Assembly (NCBI GenBank): GCA_002269645.1
Contig: NIVC01000112.1
Coordinates: 454,520-518,519 of the forward strand
Source of the DNA: Macrostomum lignano
Taxonomy: Eukaryota
Direction of reading: 5' to 3'
Length of the DNA: 64,000 nt
The stretch's first letter is position 1; each line of letters starts with the position of its first letter. The notes beneath the pieces were generated by a model. The model worked only from the letters and a program-made list of their open reading frames with translations. It made no database searches and was not told the origin of the DNA. The position numbers and the translations under genes are program-made. This document shows positions 1 to 13,597 of this stretch, in pieces.

Positions 1-75
1 CCCACACTGCATCCCACACTGTTCCCCACACTGCATCCCACACTGTTCCCCACACTGCATCCCACACTGTTCCCA
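1..75. repeat. End of a 24-bp tandem repeat (cccacactgcatcccacactgttc), probably intronic
   Basis: About 3 direct copies at the window start, upstream of the acceptor at 134. Confidence 0.85.
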
Positions 76-134
76 GTCAACAATGCCTATATAAATAACA
101 ACTATGATGCAACCCACCGCTCCCCGATAAGCAG

Positions 135-1365
135 AGGTGGCGTCTCGGACGACCGGGCGGCGCCTGACTCGAACGAGCAACTTCGCATCCGCCAGGTGTT
201 TCTGGTGCGCAACGCTCTGCAGTGGATTCGCCTGGCCAAGGCATGCAGGCAGGACTCCGCCAACGGTGAGGCCGAGATGCCAGCCTCTGCCGAGTTGCCA
301 GCCTCTTCCGAGTTGCCAGCCTCTGCCGACCCTTCAGAGTCAGTACGGCAAAGGGTTCAATGGCAGCGAGATATTTGGAGTCTGCTCAGGGCTACGTTTG
401 GTTTCCAGGTATGCCGAAGCTTTTCTTGGTATCCCTAACTGTGAATCGCATAATTAAAATTTAATACAGAACTTCCCAACCCCTACTGACAAAAATCCTC
501 ATACTCGAATCACTAGGGTACCAATTCGTTAAGTATAAAAGCATTCAAATCTGTAATTACAGAGATCGCCATTCCCTAGTTGTAAAAATTCTTTGCCCCA
601 AATCATTAACCCGAATCCCAAATCAAATTACTTCAACATTCCAATTCATACACTCAAATCCGAAATAGAGAATCCTCAAATCCCAAATGAAACTATTTTA
701 AAAACCCCATATACGTCGTAATAAAATCCTCAAATCCCAAATAGAAAATCCCCAAATCCCAAAATCAAATTACTCCCAAATCCCATAGAAATCCTCATAT
801 CCCAAATAGAAAATCCCCAAATCCCCAAATCAAATTACTCCCAAATCCCATAGAAATCCTCATATCCCAAATAAAAATCCCCAAATCCCAAATCAAATTA
901 TTCCCATATAAACTGCTCGAATCCCAGGTCATAAAACCCGCTAACCTCCCCAACCAGGCCCGAACAAGCGAGCTATTCCAAGGCGTTACCTACTGGGATC
1001 AGATGGAGATTCGCGGAGTCAGCAAGCGCGCCTGCGTCCTCATGTACGCCACCGGCTGCGAGAGCGTCTTCTACAGGTCCGGCCAGCTGGCCTGCGCCAA
1101 AGCCACCCACCGGGCCGTCACCCAGGCTAAGCGGGCCCGGCTCGCTGATTGGCTGGCCCGGCCAACCAATCGGGAGCGGCTGGCTGGGGACGCGGCCTGC
1201 CGGGCGTGGCTGCTGGGCCAGGCGGCTGAGGACAATCGGCCCGGCCTGCGGACCAGCCGCATCATGCTGAGCCCGGGCTCCACCGGACCGCCATACCACT
1301 CCTATAACCGCTACAGGACCGTGGTAGAGCACCCGCCCCGCCGCCGGCCCCGCCGGAATCGCTGA
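135..1365 (+). CDS. 3' part of an unidentified protein-coding gene (exons ~135-408 and 958-1365; the C-terminus may extend to 1550)
   Basis: Acceptor aagcAG at 133-134. The frame (..LRIRQVFLVRNALQWIRLAK..RDIWSLLRATFGFQ) ends at CAG|gtatgc (408/409). A phase-0 acceptor accAG|GCC (957/958) continues in frame into ARTSELFQGVTYWDQMEIRGVSKRACVLMYATGCESVFYR. Exons are GC-rich. Family not recognised. Confidence 0.55.
660..925. repeat. Degenerate AAATCCC-rich tandem repeat in an intron
   Basis: Recurring aaatcccaaatagaaaatccccaaatcccaaaatcaaattactccc blocks between donor 409 and acceptor 957. Confidence 0.75.
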
Positions 1366-1639
1366 CAACTGAGGTCAAGACGGAGACGGAGCCGCATTCC
1401 GAGCCTGCAGCTGGCCAACCTGGCCAGTTCGAACCCGAGACCCCCGCCGCCGATACTGTTGCCAGCAGAGAGGAGGTTGATGAGGACAATAAGAATGGCG
1501 AGACTGCGAAAGTGGAGGCTGAGGAATCTGCGGCTGATAATGATAGCTAGTGATTTTTGTTAATTTATGCCAATGTTTTCTTAAGTGCTGTCCGTTGCTA
1601 TCAGTGCAGCTGGGGCTTTTTAGAACTTGCTACCCACCA

Positions 1640-2150
1640 CTTCAGGCCCTTCATTTGTAGCTGACATCACTTTCAGGCCCTTCATCGTAGCCGACACCAC
1701 CTTCAGGCCCTTCATTTGTAGCTGACACCTCCTTCAGGCCCTTCATTTGTAGCTGATACCACCTTCAGGCCCTTCATTCGTAGCTGACACCACCTTCAGG
1801 CCCTTCATTTGTAGCTGACACCACCTTCAGACCCTTCATTTGTAGCTGACACCACCTTCAGGCCCTTCATTCGTAGCTGACACCACCTTCAGGCCCTTCA
1901 TTCGTAGCTGACACCACCTTCAGGCCCTTCATTCGTAGCTGACACCACCTTCAGGCCCTTCATTTATAGGTGACACTACCTTCAGGCCCTTCATTCGTAG
2001 CTGACACCACCTTCAGACCCTTCATTTGTAGCTGACACCACCTTCAGGCCCTTCATTTATAGCTGACACCACCTTCAGACCCTTCATTTGTAGCTGACAC
2101 CACCTTCAGGCCCTTCATTTGTAGCTGACACCACCTTCAGACCCTTCATT
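1640..2150. repeat. 31-bp minisatellite (tagctgacaccaccttcaggcccttcatttg)
   Basis: About 16 near-identical direct copies. Confidence 0.95.
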
Positions 2151-3112
2151 CAGACAGCGGGTAGATGCGTTCTACTTTAGTCAGGCCCTGCAGTTGTTGT
2201 CTCTCCGCACTTCGATTTAAAACGTTTACTATAAGTAGTCTGTTTTGCGTGTTTCAATGTGTATTTGTTTTTATCGTTGACTTTGATATTTCAATTTTTG
2301 TACAATAAAAGGCATTTGACTGTCTTAAATATTGATTCTGTTTTGCTTGTTCATTTTCGTTGAATTCCTTCTTTAATCTGATACCTGTGAGATCCTACGG
2401 TCGCACTACTGCCAATAGGCAGTGTTCGCATGCGCTTGTTTTATTCTGTCATATCCTGAACTTTATTGTAAAACGCATTGGTTGTTGACCATTGCCCTTC
2501 GGATGTTAAAATTATCTTTGTCAAAATAGTCAATTCAATATTTATTTAGTGTTAAATTTGTTTGTATTAACCTTGGCCACCCTTACAGCTAATGCATGCA
2601 AATATCTGCCTCCTCCATGTAGCTCTGAACATTTATTGCTTTTGGCGTTTGAGCAATAGCCATTGCTTTTCAATTTTGTCCCATCTTACTTGCACCGCAT
2701 ATTGTAATTGAAAAGTTGTTTTTAATTACTGACAGTAGAACGCGCGGGTTTGTGTGCTCTTTTTTGTGCTGGAGACTGTAAATAGTTGCGGAAAAATCTA
2801 GCGCTGAAGAGTCCTTTGTCCTTGTGCTGTAAATAATAAACATTAAATTTGTATATTTGTTTATAGTAGAATTGCCATGGAAATGAACTTGAAGAGCGAG
2901 ACTTCTGTCATGGTGTTAGTTATTAATTTTGTTTGGATGCATTCACAACAAATAACAGCTGTGTGCTCTTAAGTGTAGACAAATAAATAGAATAAAAATT
3001 GACAACTTTCACCACAATGAATTTGGTGTTTCAACAAAAATTATATCAGTTAATGTAATAGACTAGATGATATGATAGATAAAATTTAAGCGGGTATCTG
3101 GGTAGTTGGGCT

Positions 3113-3235
3113 GTTCTGACACCAGTTTTTACGCCATCTCTGACACCAGTTTAAGCGCCATCTCTGACACCAGTTTAAGCGCCATCTCTGACACCAGTTT
3201 AAGTGCCATCTCTGACACCAGTTTAGGCGCCATCT
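3113..3235. repeat. 24-bp tandem repeat (ctgacaccagtttaagcgccatct)
   Basis: About 5 copies; gives the SDTSLSAI pseudo-ORF. Confidence 0.9.
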
Positions 3236-3341
3236 TGTTTTCAAACTCCGAGCCCAACATCGCGCCCAGACCGCAGCTGACTAGATTAGCAACCCCGGAA
3301 GCGACTAGGAGTTCTGTACCACCCTGCACCTGTCAATTTAA

Positions 3342-5860
<2,519 letters not shown>

Positions 5861-6288
5861 TGCCCCGCCTGCCAGGTTAATGACGGGTTCCGCTTCGCCA
5901 GTTATATGGGCTTGCGGGGGGGGGGATAAAGCTGCTCCCCAAACAACAAAGACCTCCCGGGACGGGCATTGCGAGCCACTTAGTTGGGGCGAATGAGGTC
6001 TGCGGAGAGAGCGAGAGAGGAACAGTTGGGGCGGGAATGGGGCGGGAATGGGGAGGGGATGGGATGGGATGGGGGCTCCTGCGACCAGATGTCGCTCGAC
6101 ACGTGCAGGGGTGACTGGGGAGCCAAGGAGCCTTTAAATGTAAAACCTGGAGCTCTTCTATAGAGACTCTTTGTCGGTTTTTTAGACAACTATAGGCTGG
6201 CTGGCGGGAAATAGTAAACAATCAATGTCTTTAGAAACAGCAGCACCAACAAACTCACAAAATTCGGGTCATACAGTTAGAAGTCATA

Positions 6289-9200
6289 CACAGTGTATTT
6301 CTATGGTGACATTTTTTGAAAAAAATGGCCACCCCAGATTTTTACTATCATCAATAGATCATGTATGTCCAGAGAGAATGCTACAAGACTTTAAAAAATC
6401 CATCAAGCAGTTGCTAAGAAACTACTGTTTTTCTGTTTTTAATGCTGTTTTATGCTGTTTCGTGCTATTTGTTTTTGTTTTTCTAGTTCAAACAGAAAAT
6501 CACTTATAAGCTTAAGGTCCATTTGTTTAGCCAACAAATAGGCTGTTTTTTACACACATTTCATATGCTAATCAAAATGAATGTTCCAAAAATACAGGGT
6601 ACAATTGTGTGATTGAATGTAACAAATAGGTTTTGTACTAACTGTACTACTTCTCTATTGAGGGGAGACTGTGTGTGCATGATTTGGAGTTGAAGAACGC
6701 AGTCACTCATCTATTACTCAATCAAATAGTGTGCTATACATTGCGCAATGCACACAAGTTTGCTGAGCTAAAAACTTTTCTGCTCAGCAATCAATGAATA
6801 TATATAAGTCGCTCTTATCGATTGATTTCACTTTAATCTAACTAGAGAAGTTTTTATATTCATTGCACAATCTCTGCGTCTCATTACATATCAGATTTGT
6901 TGTGTAGCACCTTTCTTAATCGACACCAAGCACGCTCAGTGTTAGGCATTATGAGTAAAAGCAGCAGTGCCAGAACGCACGAAGATGCTCGTCTCATCGT
7001 CTGCCTCATCTGCATGCATAAGGGCAAGGAAATGCGCCGGATAAATGAGCACATGCAGTCACTCATCTCAGAGTTCAAGATGCATGGCTACGATACGCAG
7101 GACAATCGGCTACCAAGTGCTCTGTGCACAAAATGCAGGATAACGCTGCTAGAGTACGAGAAAGGAAACTTTTCGTCCTCGCTGCCCGACTTCGACCACT
7201 CTAAGATTGGAGCCCAGCCTCCTCGAACACGAAGCCGAGCAGCTACTCGATGCAACTGTATTGTGTGTCAGGCTGCCAGAGAAAGCTCCGCAAACTTTGG
7301 ACATCCAGCAGCAGTTAATCGGCGACCACGAGGAAGGCCAAGCGCTGACAGTCAAAGTAGGATTGTTTGCGAGCCCACTGCCAGCACTGTGTCAAAAACT
7401 CGACGCCCAGTCAGCATGAAGCTCTGTGTGAAGTGCCTCTCGCAGCTAAATCGAGGCAAGTCACATGTCTGTACTCCTGCTACAAGGGCACATAATGCAG
7501 AAGGCTTTTACATGGAAGTGGAGCCACCATCTCAGAGTACGCCGAAGCAACCACAGCAGCTGAGCGTCAGCAGCATGGTGAGCATTCAGCAGGATATGGG
7601 CCTCAGCACGCGCTCTATGCTGAAGCTGGCTCACCATATTAGAGCAGCGTCGGGTTCAAAAACAGCTGTAGAGTCGTACCTCCAACAAAAGCTGTCTGAC
7701 ATTCACCACCAGCTCGACAGCTTTTTTGAACTACAACAGTTGGACTTCGTCAACATGGAGCGAGGAGTTGTGACAGAAGTAACATCACGTCCAGCTGTTA
7801 TTTGTGTGCGCATTCAGCAGCTTCTCAAGCGAATTATTCAAGAAAGACAACTGAACCCATCGACCTGTATGATTAAGGTTGGCATTGATGGAGGTGGTGG
7901 GTTCTTCAAGATCTGCCTGTCTGTGTTTGATTCCAGTTGGTGTGTTGACTCCACTGAGCCTTCACAGGCAGCCTGTAGCAGCAACTCTCGCAGCAGTCGG
8001 CTAAAGCACTCCGGTGTTAAACGAATTCTTATTGTAGCCATCGCACCAGCCATTCAAGAAAATTACCAGAACCTGGAGTTGCTGTGGAGGGCAGCTGGAC
8101 TGAGCAGTCTTCAAGGCAAATTTACCATCGCTAGCGACTTAAAGCTGTGCAACATGCTGCTTGGGCTTATGGCTCACAGTGCTGCTCATCCCTGCTGCTG
8201 GTGCGATGCCCACAAGAATAAGCTATTGCAGAAGGGCACAGATCGCACACTGAAGCTTCTCGAAGACAGCCATGCAAACTTCCAGGCTTCTGGCTCCAAG
8301 CTTGCAGCTGCCAAGAATTTTGGAAATGTGGTACGTCCCTGTCTTCTAGAAAATTTCCCAGCCTCAACAATGGTCCTAGAAATTGTACCACCGCCCGAAC
8401 TGCACCTGCTAACTGGAGTAGTAAATACCATTTACTGTAGTATGCAGTCAGTGTGGCCAGAGTGTGACAGATGGCTGCATCACTGCCACGTCGCCAGGGA
8501 GGCAATTCACGGAGGCAGTTTTACCGGCAACAGCTGCAAAGTGCTCCTGCAGAATGTTGATGCTCTGGCATCGATGTGCCCGCTACAGTGCTTGCCGTAC
8601 GTTGCTGCACTGCGCTGCTTCAGGCTTGTTGTGTCCAGCTGCTTTGGCAATGAACTGGCCTCCAATTTCCAGCAGACGATCGCTGATTTTCAAGTGACGT
8701 TCATGGACCTCGGGATCTCAGTGACACCGAAAGTTCACACAGTGCTGCATCATGTGCCACAGTTCTGTTTGATGCAACAGCGAGGACTTGGTCCCTGGAG
8801 TGAACAGGCTTCTGAAGCAGTGCACCACGACTTTCAGCAGCTATGGGCGAACTTCAAGGTCAAGGATGTAGAAAATCCCAGCTTTGGAAGTCGTTTGCTT
8901 CAGGCTGTGCGTCATTATAATAGCCGACATGTGTAGGACATGTAGTCAGTGTGGACTTTGACATTGTTTTCACTCCTAATGTGTAATTTATATTGACATT
9001 GTACAACTACGTTTCAAGCTGAAAGTTTTTATATTGTACAAGCATTCTTTAAATTTATACTAATAATATAATTTATTAATGTTGAAAGAAAAACATTGAA
9101 TAACGTTTTTGATACCAATTTGCCTATTATAACCTGTATCAAAGCAAAAAAATGAAAACAGCATGAAACAGCATGAAAAACAGAAAAACAGTAGTTACTC

Positions 9201-9327
9201 AGCAACCGCTCGACAGATTTTTTTAATATTGTGGCTTCCTCTCTAGAAAAATGTGATCTATTAATGATAGTAAAAATCTTGAGTGGCCATTTTTTTTCAA
9301 AAAATCTTACCAAAGAAATACACTGTG
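6289..9327 (+). mobile_element. Full-length Chapaev-type DNA transposon, element 1
   Basis: Ends CACAGTGTATTTCT (6289) and AGAAATACACTGTG (9327). Imperfect TIRs of ~170-180 bp. 4-bp TSD CATA at 6285-6288 and 9328-9331. Contains one long transposase ORF. Confidence 0.88.
6951..8936 (+). CDS. Chapaev-type DDE transposase (Transib/RAG1-related group), ~661 aa, intact
   Basis: N-terminal H-x7-CxxC...LPxxLCxxC zinc motif resembling the Chapa/RAG1 N-terminal motif. Second motif CVKC-x8-HVC. Core motifs GIDGGGG, SDLKLCNMLLGL..HPCCWCD, PPPELHLLTG, GSFTGN, TPKVH..HHVP, GLGPWSEQASEAVHHDF. First ATG at 6951. Confidence 0.88.
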   Translation: MSKSSSARTHEDARLIVCLICMHKGKEMRRINEHMQSLISEFKMHGYDTQDNRLPSALCTKCRITLLEYEKGNFSSSLPDFDHSKIGAQPPRTRSRAATRCNCIVCQAARESSANFGHPAAVNRRPRGRPSADSQSRIVCEPTASTVSKTRRPVSMKLCVKCLSQLNRGKSHVCTPATRAHNAEGFYMEVEPPSQSTPKQPQQLSVSSMVSIQQDMGLSTRSMLKLAHHIRAASGSKTAVESYLQQKLSDIHHQLDSFFELQQLDFVNMERGVVTEVTSRPAVICVRIQQLLKRIIQERQLNPSTCMIKVGIDGGGGFFKICLSVFDSSWCVDSTEPSQAACSSNSRSSRLKHSGVKRILIVAIAPAIQENYQNLELLWRAAGLSSLQGKFTIASDLKLCNMLLGLMAHSAAHPCCWCDAHKNKLLQKGTDRTLKLLEDSHANFQASGSKLAAAKNFGNVVRPCLLENFPASTMVLEIVPPPELHLLTGVVNTIYCSMQSVWPECDRWLHHCHVAREAIHGGSFTGNSCKVLLQNVDALASMCPLQCLPYVAALRCFRLVVSSCFGNELASNFQQTIADFQVTFMDLGISVTPKVHTVLHHVPQFCLMQQRGLGPWSEQASEAVHHDFQQLWANFKVKDVENPSFGSRLLQAVRHYNSRHV

Positions 9328-9713
9328 CATAGTTGTCTGTAAATGGGGAGGTCTGGGGAAGGAGTCGTTTCTCCAGGCTCTGGCTCTGGGTCTCCATGAG
9401 GAAGCCGCAGCCCCCCCCCCCCTGTTGGGTCGCGTGTGGGTGGGGTTTAACAAAGACCTCGCTTGATTTCCCCGAGGCCCCGGAGGGCGATGTGGATGAG
9501 TCAGCCCCCCCCCCCACGGGAGGCCCGTATCACGGAGCCCCGCTTCGCTGCAGCTGGAGGATGAACGGGTTAAAGTTGGGGAATAAAGTTGGGTCCTTCC
9601 CCCAGCCCCTATCTCTCTCTGTGTGGCCTGCCTGGACTGCTGCAAACGCCACAAACTTGAAATTTTTTTGCTGGATGACTCAGCTTCTCTGCAGTAAGAG
9701 AGAGAGATAAACA

Positions 9714-11160
9714 CAGTTCCCTCTGTAGCTCAGTTCCCTCTGTAGCTCAGTTCCCTCTGTAGCTCATTTCCCTCTGTAGCTCAGTTCCCCTGTAGCTCAG
9801 TTCCCTCTGTAGCTCAGTTCCCTCTGTAGCTCAGTTCCCTCTGTAGCTCAGTTCCCTCTGTAGCTCATTTCCCTCTGTAGCTCAGTTCCCTCTGTAGCTC
9901 ATTTCCCTCTGTAGCTCAGTTCCCCTGTAGCTCAGTTCCCTCTGTAGCTCAGTTCCCTCTGTAGCTCAGTTCCCTCTGTAGCTCAGTTCCCTCTGTAGCT
10001 CAGTTCCCTCTGTAGCTCATTTCCCTCTGTAGCTCAGTTCCCTCTGTAGCTCATTTCCCTCTGTAGCTCAGTTCCCTCTGTAGCTCAGTTCCCTCTGTAG
10101 CTCAGTTCCCTCTGTAGCTCATTTCCCTCTGTAGCTCAGTTCCCTCTGTAGCTCATTTCCCTCTGTAGCTCAGTTCCCCTGTAGCTCAGTTCCCTCTGTA
10201 GCTCAGTTCCCTCTGTAGCTCAGTTCCCTCTGTAGCTCAGTTCCCTCTGTAGCTCAGTTCCCTCTGTAGCTCAGTTCCCTCTGTAGCTCATTTCCCTCTG
10301 TAGCTCAGTTCCCTCTGTAGCTCATTTCCCTCTGTAGCTCAGTTCCCCTGTAGCTCAGTTCCCTCTGTAGCTCAGTTCCCTCTGTAGCTCAGTTCCCTCT
10401 GTAGCTCAGTTCCCTCTGTAGCTCAGTTCCCTCTGTAGCTCATTTCCCTCTGTAGCTCAGTTCCCTCTGTAGCTCATTTCCCTCTGTAGCTCAGTTCCCC
10501 TGTAGCTCAGTTCCCTCTGTAGCTCAGTTCCCTCTGTAGCTCAGTTCCCTCTGTAGCTCAGTTCCCTCTGTAGCTCATTTCCCTCTGTAGCTCAGTTCCC
10601 TCTGTAGCTCATTTCCCTCTGTAGCTCAGTTCCCCTGTAGCTCAGTTCCCTCTGTAGCTCAGTTCCCTCTGTAGCTCAGTTCCCTCTGTAGCTCAGTTCC
10701 CTCTGTAGCTCAGTTCCCTCTGTAGCTAGCTCAGTTCCCTCTGTAGCTCAGTTCCCTCTGTAGCTCAGTTCCCTCTGTAGCTCAGTTCCCTCTGTAGCTC
10801 ATTTCCCTCTGTAGCTCATTTCCCTCTGTAGCTCAGTTCCCTCTGTAGCTCAGTTCCCTCTGTAGCTCAGTTCCCCTGTAGCTCATTTCCCTCTGTAGCT
10901 CAGTTTCCTCTGTAGCTCAGTTCCCCTGTAGCTCAGTTCCCTCTGTAGCTCAGTTCCCCTGTAGCTCAGTTCCCTCTGTAGCTCAGTTCCCTCTGTAGCT
11001 CAGTTCCCTCTGTAGCTCATTTCCTTCTGTAGCTCAGTTCCCTCTGTAGCTCAGTTCCCCTGTAGCTCAGTTCCCTCTGTAGCTCAGTTCCCCTGTAGCT
11101 CAGTTCCCTCTGTAGCTCAGTTCCCTCTGTAGCTCAGTTCCCCTGTAGCTCAGTTCCCCC
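9714..11160. repeat. 17-bp minisatellite (ctgtagctcagttccct)
   Basis: About 85 direct copies with recurring cattt and ttcccc variants. Confidence 0.97.
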
Positions 11161-11761
11161 CAGCTACACAAGTTAAACAGAATCCGTTGCAAAAACGAAA
11201 AGCCCCCAAAGTCACTCACCGAATTATAGCTTCGATTTTTCCGTGAAAGCAAAACGACTACTGACTGAATCAATTGCCTGTCTAAGCATAAAAAATCTTT
11301 AAATATCAGAAAATTTCTTATCACAATTGCAAATCTCTGTGATATTACTTCGACCCGAGTGCGTGTAAGGCCAGTTCCTGAATCGTTGGCTCCCTAGCAC
11401 GGGCCCAAATAGCGGGAATTAAAGGCTTTAATCCCACCGTACTTGGCCGTTGGATTGGCGGGGGCTGGCCCGGGGTACTTGGGGAGCTGGGGTGGCGGCG
11501 CAGAAAGGGGAAGAGAGGAGGAGAAATGCGGCACTGGGGGGAGCTTTCCAGTCAGTGCGGTGGGAATGCCAAGCAGAACCTGCCAGTCCCCCACAGCTCG
11601 GCTGCGTGTGGAGGACGCAAGGGAGAGAGAGGAGAAGGGAGAGCAGAGGAGAGGGTCTCATGCCGACCCGCCGCTGCTGCTGTGTGACTGAGTCAGTCTG
11701 CTCAGCTCTGCTCAGCCAAGGAGGCCCAGAACCACAGCCTGGAGTAGCAAAACTGCACAGG

Positions 11762-12135
11762 GTTTAGCGCCCACAGACAAGAGTTTAGCGCCACGGACAA
11801 GAGTTTAGCACCCACAGACAAGAGTTTAGCGCCCACAGACAAGAGTTTAGCGCCCACAGACAAGAGTTTAGCGCCCACAGACAAGAGTTTAGCGCCCACA
11901 GACAAGAGTTTAGCGCCACGGACAAGAGTTTAGCACCCACAGACAAGAGTTTAGCGCCACAGACAAGAGTTTAGCGCCACAGACGAGAGTTTAGCACCCA
12001 CAGACAAGAGTTAAGCGCCACAGACAAGAGTTTATCGCCACAGACAAGAGTTTAGCGCCACAGACAAGAGTTTAGCACCACAGACAAGAGTTTAGCGCCA
12101 CAGACAAGAGTTTAGCGCCACAGACAAGAGTTTAG
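11762..12135. repeat. 20-21-bp minisatellite (gtttagcgcccacagacaaga)
   Basis: About 18 direct copies. Confidence 0.95.
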
Positions 12136-12687
12136 CCGTATTCCGCTTCATCTTCAAGAGGCATTCGAGGCTAGACAACTCCAGTTTCTAGAATTTGATG
12201 GCCTTGGCCCAAGCGTGTGGAAATTCCGAGAACTGCAGAGAGGCCGAGGGGACACAGATAATCCCACATTGCCGACCACTCCCGCGAACCGACCTTCCCG
12301 TCCGCATCTGCGCAGCAGACACTTCCCCTGCCCGTCCGCTCGCGGCCCTGTGTACATGTACGCGACCCTCACAAATTCCACTCCCACCACACGTCCTTCG
12401 TATATTCGCGTCAGTTTATAAACTTGTCCACGGCAGTTAACTTCAATCCAGTTTAGCTTTTTAATATTGGCATTTCTAATTAGTCAGTCATAATGCAGAT
12501 ATAGTTTGATCCCTGATTGATCACCTTTGTAACCTGCATTACCCGAGGAACAGTGTGCACTATCGATCTGGTGTACACCCCAAGACTGTACAGAAAAATG
12601 TACAGCACTGTACAAGCATGTAGCCCAGCTGTTGTTATATCGATTCTGAACTGGCGCATACACATGCTCAGCCTGTGTGGCACGCAA

Positions 12688-13110
12688 TATCTACCTTTCT
12701 ATCTGCCTTTCTATCTGCCTTTCTATCTAAATTTTTATCTGCCTTTCTATCTACCTTTCTATCTACCTTTCTATTTACCTTTCTATCTAACTTTCTATCT
12801 ACCTTTACAGCTATCTTTCTATCTACTTTTCTTTCTGCCTTTCCATCTGCCTTGCTATCTACCTTTCCATCACACTGTCTCATCTATCTACCTTTCTATC
12901 TACCTTTCTATCTAAATTTCTATCCACCTTTCTATCTACCTTTCTATCTAAATTTCTATCCACCTTTCTATCTACCTTTCTATCTACCTTTCTATCTACC
13001 TTTCTGTCTACCTTTCTATCTAACTTTGTATCTACCTTTCTATCTAAATTTCTATCTGCCTTTCTATTTACCTTTACATCACACTGTCTCCTCTATCTAC
13101 CTTACCATCA
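12688..13110. repeat. 12-bp tandem repeat (ctatctaccttt)
   Basis: Degenerate direct copies; gives the LPFY pseudo-ORFs. Confidence 0.9.
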
Positions 13111-13597
13111 ACTCACTTTCTTTCCGATCAACTTTTCTATTCTACAAATTAGTTGTACACTTACGCAAAATCATATAACTATATTTGATGAGGTCAAAAG
13201 CGCTTCGAATATTTGAAATTATTGCATAGTTTTTTTTCACGACCGAATTTGATTAACATCTCCGGTTCAGGACAGCTGGTTGCTGACGCCTTCAAGTGGT
13301 CAGGTTTTGGCGGAATGGGGGACCCAACCGAGCCCTTCAGAGGTCGACAAATGCCAGGCATATGCAGAGATAAAAGAAACAGTCTACCGTGAGGATGGCA
13401 ACTATAATGGGAAAAAGAGCTGAGTCGGAATTGAAGCATTGACTCACAATAAATATCAAATCCTCTTATGTTGCTAGCTTTCATTCATTCACCAGTTTTT
13501 TGTTACTCACAGTTAGATATGTTTCTAAAACAAAATTGATCACGAAGAAACCATGACAGAAAGAAGTCTTTGTTACACAACATACATGCTATTTTTC

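Noticed and set aside
6289-9327. ProtoRAG/RAGL transposon with true RSS
   Set aside because: No ACAAAAACC-like nonamer at 12 or 23 bp, no RAG2-like ORF or room for one, and the TSD is 4 bp rather than 5 bp
6185-9338. 10-bp inverted match (agacaactat / atagttgtct) outside the Chapaev ends, suggesting a larger element
   Set aside because: Too short, asymmetric in distance, no TSD, and the CATA duplication already defines the true ends
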